Part shown: one piece after another, positions 37,501-46,978 of the stretch
How the letters are laid out: the number at the start of each line of letters is the position of its first letter
How positions within the stretch are numbered: the stretch's first letter is position 1
Assembly: GCA_030704615.1 (NCBI GenBank)
Contig: CM060732.1
Span: 14,570,001-14,634,000, forward strand
Length of the DNA: 64,000 nt
Origin: Takakia lepidozioides
Lineage: Eukaryota > Plantae > Bryophyta
Direction of reading: 5' to 3'
Notes under the pieces: generated by a model
Told to the model about the DNA's origin: nothing
Seen by the model: only the letters and a program-made list of their open reading frames with translations
Database searches by the model: none
Made by a program: the position numbers and the translations under genes

Positions 37501-39772
37501 TGTCAGTGGCTGGAAGAGAGTGGCTATTGCTAGGAAGGAAATTCAGTGCATTGAAACCTCACCTTCTCTTTCGCCTCCACACATGCCGTTGAGAGGTGAT
37601 GCAGTTTCTCCAATTGCATGGTCGGCTGCATGGCCCGAGAATAGTGTTTTGCAATCTCGGGGATGAAGTCCTTTCCAAGTGCCGGATCTGCAATTGCCAC
37701 CAGCTTCACAAGCTTTGACTTGTATTTGGTTCTGGACTTGACACCGGCTTCCTTCAAGTGCTCAGTCAATGACTGCAACGTTTTGACCTGCCCCTCACTT
37801 TCCATGAAGAAGCGTTTGGCATGGGCCAAATCCAGCTTGATGTTTGACTGCCAACAAAAACATGCAGAAGCGTTACATTCGATTCATGTGGAAACATTAC
37901 TGGAAATTGGGGAAGGATGAGCAGAGGGAAATTGGAGCACGACTTACTTCGTATATCACCTCCACCATTCCATCCATAGTGAGACGATACCATGTCCGGT
38001 CTGTTTTTGCAACGGCTTTCTGAATGAGCTCCGGCTCCAGCATTTCCGCAAACATCTGCGGATCAGTAAGACCAGTTTTCCTCACCCTGTACAGCATATG
38101 TGCCATGTGGGTATGCACGTACGCATTCTCAGTGACCCTGCAAGGCACACTCTCCAGTTCAGTACACGGAAGCACGGAATCAAACCAGAATGGAAACCGA
38201 AATGCGGCACCGCATTTCGAATGTGCTAGGGAGGGTATGAGTATCTTACGAGTTGAGGTCCGCCATGGCATTCTTGAGGAGGGAGGAGTCTGCCGCCTTC
38301 ACCTTGAGGATGACACACTCCACCATGTAATGCCAGCCAATGTGCTTGGCATGGTTCTGCTTGATGTACTCCCACCAGGCGAGAAGTCGGTGATTCCCGT
38401 CCCACACAAAGAACATTTTCCCGACATATGGCCGAAGTCGGGATCACCCTTCAGCGTCGCCTCGAATTCGTGGTTGCGAGTGTGCCAGTGGGTATCCCAC
38501 GTTGACAATTCATCGGCAGTGGGTCCACGGGTTTCGCCGTCCTCATTCTCTATGGAAACGTAAAACGCTGCCGATCCCAGACGGTACCCTTCTCGAAATG
38601 CGAACTTGAGCTTATCCACATCTCCGGGAAGGGCCTGCCTGACGATGGGAAGGGAGACCATGCGACAGAGTGGGATTCGAAGAGTCCGCTGGAATACCCT
38701 GCTGCCCAGAACTCTGCCAATGCTACTGTGTGTCTCCTCCAACATTTTATCCGCTGCACTTTTGAAATCCTCCGGAGACATGTCTGTAGGTGCCGGTAGT
38801 GGCTGAGCAGGTGGAGCATCCTCAACTGGAGCTGCACTCTGGGGCCTGTGTGCGGGCAATTCTGCCACTGCAGAGGCCTCCTCCGGGCCTGCTAGCTCAT
38901 CGGTGGTGAGGTCTGCCTGCGAACGTTCAGCGGCAGCACCCTCCTCCGGTACCAAATCGAGATCAACGGTCGATCCCATTGCCTTCGCTGCAGCAGAGTC
39001 GGCCCCAACATCTGCAGGCGGGAAATCCTCCAGGAACTGAGCTTCAGCTCGTGGAAGCGGTTTTGCGGGAGATTGTTCGGCCGTCGCCCTGATTGCCTTC
39101 TGCTTCCTCATCCTTGCAGGTGAAGGTGTCTGCTGCAATAGAATCTGTCTTCTACCCTGCTGCTTCATTCGCGTTGGGGGGGGTGAATCGGCCTGAGCCG
39201 GTTCAGAAGCCAGTAGAGGGACGGGCTGCTTCTTCTTCGACTTTGCTGGAGAAGGGCCCGACCCCTGCTGGCGATTCTCCATGATCGAAGAACGCGAGTC
39301 GATCTCTGAGACTTTGAACTTGCCCTTCGAAGACGCGTCTTTGAATCGCAGAGGGCTAGGCCCGGCAGGAGTACCCGCGCTCGGGGATCGGGTGGGTGTA
39401 CGTGCTGCAGCTAGCTCCTCGGACTCTTCCTGCGGCTCTTCGGATTCCTGCGATCCCTCCAGCACGTCCACCTTTCCTGTTAGGCATGCAAACATGTTCT
39501 GCATTCAAGTCTCCTAGCATTCAGTCTAAGAATTACAGAAGCAAAATGGGGGGTTCGGTGCTCGATCAGCTGCGCGCAGCCCGATCGCATGGAGCTCTCA
39601 CTGGTGGCTGGGTTGCCTGAGTGGCCTGCTGCTCGGAGATGGCAATCTCCTCCTGTAGACGCATCTGCTTCCTCCCCTTCGGCATTGGCCTACGTCCGAA
39701 GTATAATTTCCGGAGCTTGCGACGAGGTCTCCTGTCTGGTGCACGAACTCCCCCCCTCTCAGGTTCGAGCAT
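34598..39772 (-). CDS. Copy C cargo gene: multi-exon ParB/Srx-like + beta-class N6A/N4C methyltransferase-like protein; one apparent frameshift
   Basis: PRRKLRKLYFGRRP first exon; TLRIPLCRMV..VRQ..D..KLKFAFREGY; FFVWDGNHRLLAW (after a 1-bp loss in the run at 38416-38419); IILDIPDG (36039-36053); RSPAFIQTIMETCT..VLDLICGTG|ASMWAGRFSDRHLFAYEED; last exon SPVRDYSLPSYAAKLA. Confidence 0.85.
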
Positions 39773-40074
39773 AAGAAGAACAGAGAGAGGGAAAAGGGGC
39801 AAAGAGTGCAGATGGAAAGGGCGCGAGAGGGGTGACTGAGGAGACACGACAAAAGTAGATGAAACGGCGGTGATGCACCACTTGGGTTCGAAAGGTTGGA
39901 CGAAAGTGTCTCCTCGTGGACTTTGCGTCATTACGAAATTCGAATCGTTGAGGGTACGCCCGCCGTCCGAAAATCAAACATCATTATCCAACGGTCAGGC
40001 CGCGCCGCCTCATGCCCCTTCAGTCAGATAGAGTGCCGACATGTGCAGCAATTCCGTTGCTCCACGTGTTCACA

Positions 40075-42090
40075 TTTCAAGGCATTTCCGTCCCAGCGTC
40101 TGATGAGTTGGAGCGAGAATGCGAATGCGGCGCCGCATTTCCGTTAAGTACGATCACTCTGCTACACATCCGTACTTGTTGGAAGAAAATGCGGCACCGC
40201 ATTTCCGTTCCACCTTCACATACCTTAGTTGTTGAACGGAAATACGGTGCCGCATTTCCGTCCCACAGCTCCATGTATGAGATTCAGAAGGGAAATGCGG
40301 CGCCGCATTTCCGTTCCCACTTCACATACGTTAGTTGATGAATGGAAATGCCGTGCCACATTTCCGTTCGGGAAAGTATAGAGGTCTCACCTGGACAGAA
40401 ATGCGGTGTCGCATTTCCGGTCTGGAAAGGTTGAAGGTCTCACATGGATGGAAATGCGGCAACACATTTCCGTAGCACAGCTCCAGGCCGAATATACAAA
40501 ACGGAAATGCGGCGCCGCATTTCCGTTCGAGAATGTCGGAAGGTGCGACTCGAACGGAAATGCGGTGCCGCATTTCTGTACCCGTTGCGCACGATTTTCA
40601 GTCAGAATGGAAATGCGGTACCGCATTTCCGTTCTGTAGAGTATTAACGTCTGACGCTGGCGGAAATGCCTTCCCGCATTTTCGTTCCACAGCTCCATGC
40701 CTCACATACAAAACGGAAATGCGGTGCCGCATTTCCGTTTTGGAATGTCGGATGGTGGGACTCCGACGGAAATGCGGTACCGCATTTCAATTCCGATGTT
40801 TCAGGATATTTCATCAGAACGGAAATGCGGTGCCGCATTTCCCTTTTAAATCTAATACATTCCGTTCTGGAATGTTGGGAGGTGCGACTCGGATGGAAAT
40901 GCGCTGCCGCATTTCAGTTCCGATGGTTCACGATTTTCAGTCAGAACGGAAATGCGGTGCCGCATTTCCGTTCTGGCCTGATGGTAGGTGCGACTCGGAT
41001 GGAAATACGTTGCCGCATTTCAGTTCCGATGGTTCACGATTTTCAGTCAGAACGGAAATGCGGTGCCGCATTTCCGTTCTGGAATGATGGTAGGTGCGAC
41101 TCGGATGGAAATACGGTGCCGCATTTCAGTTCAGATAGTTCACGATTTTCAGTCAGAACGGAAATGCGGTGCCGCATTTCCGTTCTGGATAGTGTGAATG
41201 TCTCAACCGGTCGGAATTGCGCTGTATGAAGCTGTCGGAATCTTACTCGGCTCCAGGCATCAGATACAAAATGGAAATGCGGCGCCGCATTTCCTTTATG
41301 GAATGTCGAAAAGTGCGACTTTGACGGAAATGCGGTGCCGCATTTCTGTTCCCGTTGTTCATAATTCTCAATCAGAACGGAAATGCGGTACCGCATTTCC
41401 GTTCCACCTTCACATACCGTGCTTGTTGAATGAAAATGCGGTACCGCATTTCCGTTCTCGAGAGTATGAATGTCTTTTAGGACGGAAATGTGCTGCAGCA
41501 TTTCTATCCCTCAGCTCCATGCATCAGATACAAAATGGAAATGCGGGACCGCATTCCCGTTCTGGAATGTCGAAAAGTGCGACTCGGACGGAAATGCGGT
41601 GCCGCATTTCTGTTCCCGTTGTTCATAATTCTCAATCAGAACGGAAATGCGGTACCGCATTTCCGTTCCACCTTCACATACCGTGCTTGTTGAATGAAAA
41701 TGCGGTACCGCATTTCCGTTCTCGAGAGTATGAATGTCTTTTAGGACGGAAATGTGCTGCAGCATTTCTATCCCTCAGCTCCATGCATCAGATACAAAAT
41801 GGAAATGCGGCGCCGCATTCCCGTTCTGGAATGTCGAAAAGTGCGACTCGGACGGAAATGCGGTGCCGCATTTCTGTTCCCGTTGTTCATAAATCTCAAT
41901 CAGAACGGAAATGCGGTACCGCATTTCCGTTCCACCTTCACATACCGTGCTTGCTGGATGGAAATGCGTTACCGCATTTCCGTTCTGGAGAGTATAAAGG
42001 TTTCCCCCGGACGGAAACTCGGTGCCGCATTTCCGTCGCTCTGTTGCATGACCAAGATGCAATACGGAAATGCGGCGCCGTATTTCCGTC
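40075..42090. repeat. Intergenic palindrome array of element C (ACGGAAATGCGGCGCCGCATTTCCGT consensus) with higher-order 106-bp and 264-bp periods
   Basis: More than 30 motif copies. ggtgcgactcggatggaaat at 40881/40987/41093; gcatcagatacaaaatggaaatgcgg at 41257/41521/41785. Confidence 0.92.
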
Positions 42091-42516
42091 CACCAGCAAT
42101 CGACAGAATCACTCGTGACGGGAAATCTGGAACCTCAATGGGTTGCATTGTTCCGAAACAACACAATTGCGGCCAGTCTTGATGAGCACAACTTGGTTGT
42201 CTGACCGTTTTAACCAGCAGTCCTGGCACTTGTCAGTGCGAACGTTCCTGTCTGCACCGAGAATACTGCTGGATCCACCCTCAGGAGAAACTGTCAGGAG
42301 ATGTTATTTCGTCGCCGAATCGGCCATCATTGTCCTACTCACTGGCTATGGAATCAAACCTCCCACCTTCATGCATGTAGCTTGAAACAATACTTTCCAC
42401 TTCAATGTGCGACTTCCAATTGTCGATGGACTCCGCAGATCCACTTAGATGGTGCCTGTGAGCCTTGGTCTGTCGCTATACTGAACCTCGCACTTGCCAA
42501 CTCCGTGCGGTGTTCG

Positions 42517-45500
42517 ATGGCTCCGAATTCCTACGCTATAGTTTGCTGTCCTCCGCAACTTGGGAGAGCCTGGATCCCAAACGAGGGAGGACTTTGCAGA
42601 GTGACTGAAACTTACCTTTGTTCCAAATTCAAGCTCAAACCGGGCACAGTTTATTTGGAAGAAGAAAGGAAGGATGTTCCTGGACAGGTTGACGAGACCA
42701 TTGTCGTGCTAGGTAACGACGGAGGTTGCGGAATCGAATGGCACGTTCCCCCGTCAGACACCATCCTGTACCGAGCTGTGGGAATGCCCATTCCCTTTCC
42801 GAATCAGTCGCTGCCCACACCATCCACAAAGGAGTCCGGAAACCGAGAGGCGGCCACTGCCAACAGAGAGGTATGCAACGATAATCATTCCCGACCTGGA
42901 CCGTCAAGACCCTCCATAGCTTCTCGTGTGGACGTATTCGACATTTCCGACGAGGAAGATGATTGCATTGAGGTACCCATGTCCTCCACACGGTCGTTCA
43001 AATCCGGCATGGACGTCTCTGTAGGTGCTACGCATGTGCCCTCGAGCATAACTCCAACCCGGTCCATTGTGCAGCTCCTACGACAACATCACCTCGATGG
43101 TTCTCGCTCCGAGCTGGCTGCTCTCGACTATGCCAAATTCCCAGTCAGAAAGGTAACTTTTCTGCCTCCCGAAGTCGATGGCAATGTCATCTTCGAGTTT
43201 CCACCTGTTTCTTCGTCAAAGAAAGCCTCCGGGATGTTAACAGACATGGATCGAAAGCATGACGGACACCCCTGGTGTGTGACGAAGACCAGTAGCACGA
43301 AAATTGCTGATGGTGTTCGTGTACGATATGTCCTCTGTGCGGGGAAGCTGAGGTGCCTCAATCCCACCTGCTTCCACTTTCTCTCCAAAGGAGGGCGGAG
43401 AAACGAGACGGATTGGACTGGCACAACGCATCATCCATTCATTGTCTCCAGCCAAGCTCCTGCGGGTTCTTTCAAGTGTGCACATTGCAAAGAACCACCG
43501 ACGTGCATGTCCATGTGCAGAGCCAAGCAATATTACGTAATCCATTTGCTCCCGGACTTGACTAGAGCTTGCATACACGTTGGGGTCCACTGCCACCCCT
43601 TGGCGAGAGGCAACATGCGTGAGGCTGTGCAGGAAGCACACGACATCATAAAAGAGGAGGTCAAATTGAGCCCCGGAGCCAGACCAAAGCAGATTCAGCT
43701 GAAGGCAGCCCACAAGATTGCTCTTGGCAAAATCATGTCTGAAGATGGTTCCGACCGAGAGCCCTTGACCGAAGACGAGATGCGTGACCTCTTGGAGTCC
43801 GTCTCGCACGTTTGTAGTCCGAATGTGCGGAATCACATCGTATCTTGCAAGCAGGAGTTCGGCAGGGGGTCGGACATGTACTCAATCCTGGAGGTGAAAC
43901 GAATGACTGGATATGACTACATCCAAGGTAGCAGGTTTCCAGGGCAAGGCAGCGAATCCGATCGTTGTTACATTTTCAAAATGTCGACGTGTGGGCCTGG
44001 GAGTGGAGTCGACTTGGTCACTCGCATGACAACTGGAAACTTGTCGAATGCTTGGGTGATGTTTGATCACATCAAGCGAATTACAAACCATCAGTGGGTG
44101 ACTATGGGTGCGCATGTTTATGACTATCACTCCAAGAGGCTCATGACGATTGCAATCTGCGAGATGAAAGGGGAGGACACACAGTCCGAGATGCATCTGT
44201 GGGAGGGCATAAACCAGCAGATGGCAAGGGCGGGATTGCCAGAGCCCAATTTCAGGGGATTCATGGCAGACAACGCTCAGGCCAACTGGGCAGCGGTGTG
44301 GCGTGTGTACGGTGAGGACCCCAATGTTCCAATGGAGGGGAAAGAGAGATCCTGTGGATTCCATTGGATGCAGAGTCTATCCCACTACACTACCAAATTT
44401 GTTGCTAGCTCATTCCAGGCTGAACACCGTGTCCTTTGTACGGCGTGGAAGGATGCACCCACATTTGATGACGCGGAGGTTAAGTTTGCTATCATCGAGG
44501 CTTGGTGGAACACGTCAGGTGCAGTGGAGACAACCAATCTGGGAGCATTGCACAGCTGGTTGGGGTGGTGGCATTTTCGGTATCGACAGTTCGGACAGTA
44601 CATGCGGGAGGTAGGCTGCTGTCATTTTCGTTCATTTGTCTTTCTGTTACGGACATTTCGATTGGTCCCTCACCGTTGTTTGTGTCCTTCTAGGAGCGGT
44701 GCTTGGATTCCGACACGGACATGCCGAACACGAATATGGCAGAATCGGTCCACTCCTCCTGGCGAGCGTCTTCTGCCGCACATCTGGTGGACGTAGTGAC
44801 GGCCACAACGGAGGACATCGACAGAGCAATCATGCAGCAAGCCACGTACTACAAGTTCCTGAGCGGCAAACAATGGGGCTTTGGGCCGGACAGGGAGGAA
44901 TTGTTGGTACGAACAGCTTCGAGGTCCAAGAATCCAGTGAAATGGGCGACAGCATTGCGAGAGAAGATCAAAGGGACGCCTCTGCACCGCAGAGGTGAAC
45001 ACCTAGAGGGGGACGTCCGGACTCGCCCTGTCAGGCGGAGGATTGAAGAGGAACCCGGGTGCGAAGAGGATTCCTGGAGATCCGACAGGAACATTCGGAC
45101 AGCACCTCGAGGTCCCGTCATGTTGCCGCACAATGTGTCTTCCAGCAGTGGAAGCCCAAGAAATTCCAGATCGCCGTCGCCTTCAACCGGGGATTTCGTG
45201 CAACAAATTCCCACCGCTCCCTTGCCCCACATTCCGCCCGCTGTTATGCAGTATGGCCAAGCCATTGTGGAGACGACTGTGTCTGCCTCACAGTGGAGAA
45301 TTGCTCGCACAAAGCCGTCGTTTCGAGGAAGGTGTTCCGCAATTCGTGTGGATACACGGCAACGTTGTTTAGAGATGATAAGGAGGAATCCAGATGGGGC
45401 TGTCCCTGCTCCTACTTTTACAGGAAGATTTGTCCATGCAAAGTTTGCGGAGGCGACAACCACCCAGTTCTGGTTCTGCAGGCACGACATTATGACTTGC

Positions 45501-46124
45501 GTGTATGGAAAGCCCAAGTACGGCATACAGACAATGCCAGAGGCTCCCCCGGTGTGGCCGGTGGAACCAGGCTGCGATCTGAGTCAGGTTGAGGCCGACG
45601 CCCTTACCGCCGCAGGATTTCGGATGGTGCAGCGCACTGACGTGCCCAGACATCCATTTCCGCTTCCACAGCCTCCACCACCGACCCCTGTGAGAGCAAG
45701 AACAATGGGACACGACAGCTCTAAGCATCCTACACACCGTTGGGGGAAACCGAAGAGGCGGCGACCTCCCTCAAAAGTGAACGAGACAAGGATGGGGAAT
45801 GCACTTCGGATGAACTGTACAATCCAGAGCTCGACAGAAGTGCCCCCACCAGGATTCGGGCGTGTGTATCAGATGGCCACGGCGGGCTCAGCTGTTCGCA
45901 ATGAGGTGTACACCATCACCATTTCAGAATTACCCACCTGCAATTGCACCGACTTCCAGATCATGGCGAACAAGGGGGCATCATACTGCCCTTGCAAGCA
46001 TTTGTACTACGTGTACCTAAAGAGACTCCGTTGTAATTCCACAACTCATCACTTCATACATGCACCAGGGTTGAGCCCCCAGGAGGTTCACACTCTTCTG
46101 AATATGGATCCAGGGGACCAGTGA
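42517..46124 (+). CDS. Mutator-superfamily-like DDE transposase with N-terminal Cys/His Zn domain and C-terminal SWIM zinc finger; 2 exons (42517-44610, 44694-46124), ~1174 aa, apparently intact
   Basis: VMFDH (D), GFMADNAQAN (D), CGFH (CxxH), TNMAESVH (E), CNCTDF..CPCKHLYYV (SWIM). The GT-AG intron 44611-44693 joins the frames, and the same intron is at 48172-48257 in copy B. The start Met is conserved with copy B. Confidence 0.9.
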
Positions 46125-46978
46125 GCTTGGCTTGCGGTCCACATACAATGGTACGCCCATCGGATAGTAGAACTGTACTGCTGCCAGTACCTCAGACTCT
46201 GGCCACACAAAGGTCCGACATATGTCTTGCCTACCAGTAACCTGTTTTGATCGAACTAAGATATTACTATATCGTTCACTTGTTTCCACGTGCATGTATT
46301 TTTGTATGTTGGAGGGTTCATGTTTTTCTGCTTTCCGAAAACTTGCTCTCCTCATTCGACCTCCGACAAGGAAATGCGGCGCCGAATTTCCAAGTATCGT
46401 CGTAGGTACCCCCAGAGGCGGCCTTCGCCAACACCAAACCGCTCCGAAATTTCGCACGTGCGAACCCTAATGCGGCACCCTATTTCCCAGTTCAGTTGCA
46501 AACCTTTCCCGCCGAATACCCGAAGAAGACAGAATTGTGAAGTACTGCAGACTCTATTGGTGCAGACTCCATTGGTTCAATCGCGGCAAAAGGGTCAGCT
46601 TCATTCCAATGTTAAGGCATGTAAAACCGCGGAATACTCTATACAGGCCAGTATGCGACGTCCTTTTGCAGTGGTATACTGGATTTCCCGTTGCACGGTC
46701 ACTTATTTCCATGAGCGGATCTATAAAACCATGAGCGGACTTGTTACTGACGACATATCTTCGCCGCATTACATGATCTGGAACGTCCAAAAACGGCAAG
46801 GTCAAATAAAAAACTATTATTTTAATACTTGTTTAATCTGCCGCATTTCCAAATTTGGAGGAGTCCGCTCATGAAATCCGCGTATCTTAGACTTCGGCTC
46901 ACCGCTCATGCGGCTCATGCGGCTCATGGCTCATGGTTCATGGTTTCTGCTCATGAAATAGTAAACCTCCCGATTGGA

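Larger units (their letters stand above)
32004..46969. mobile_element. Element C: complete ~15-kb Mutator-like DNA transposon with TIRs and 9-bp TSD
   Basis: Left TIR GGGGGCTGCTATTTCATGAGC (32004-32024). The right end reverse complement is GAGGTTTACTATTTCATGAGC (46949-46969). Subterminal catgagc repeats at both ends. TSD CCGATTGGA at 31995-32003 and 46970-46978. Confidence 0.92.

Noticed and set aside
22840-39772. Bacterial restriction-modification or partition locus / contamination
   Set aside because: The genes have conserved GT-AG introns, lie within TIR/TSD-bounded elements among plant TEs, and no restriction endonuclease or ParA is visible.
40075-42090. CRISPR-like appearance (palindromic repeat with ~25-35 bp spacers), also at 29290-30820 and 33650-34400
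   Set aside because: Spacers are mutually related and recur in 106- and 264-bp higher-order units, repeats are degenerate, there are no cas genes, and the context is a eukaryotic TE.
40331-42182. Many ORFs with MRCRIS / GNAAPHF / KCGAAFP peptides (likewise MEIRRRIS at 29228-30956)
   Set aside because: They are translation artefacts of the stop-poor palindromic repeat and appear in all frames on both strands.
42301-42516. Upstream extension of the 831-aa ORF, and its tail after 44610
   Set aside because: Homology with copy B starts at Met 42517, and the tail is intron read-through.
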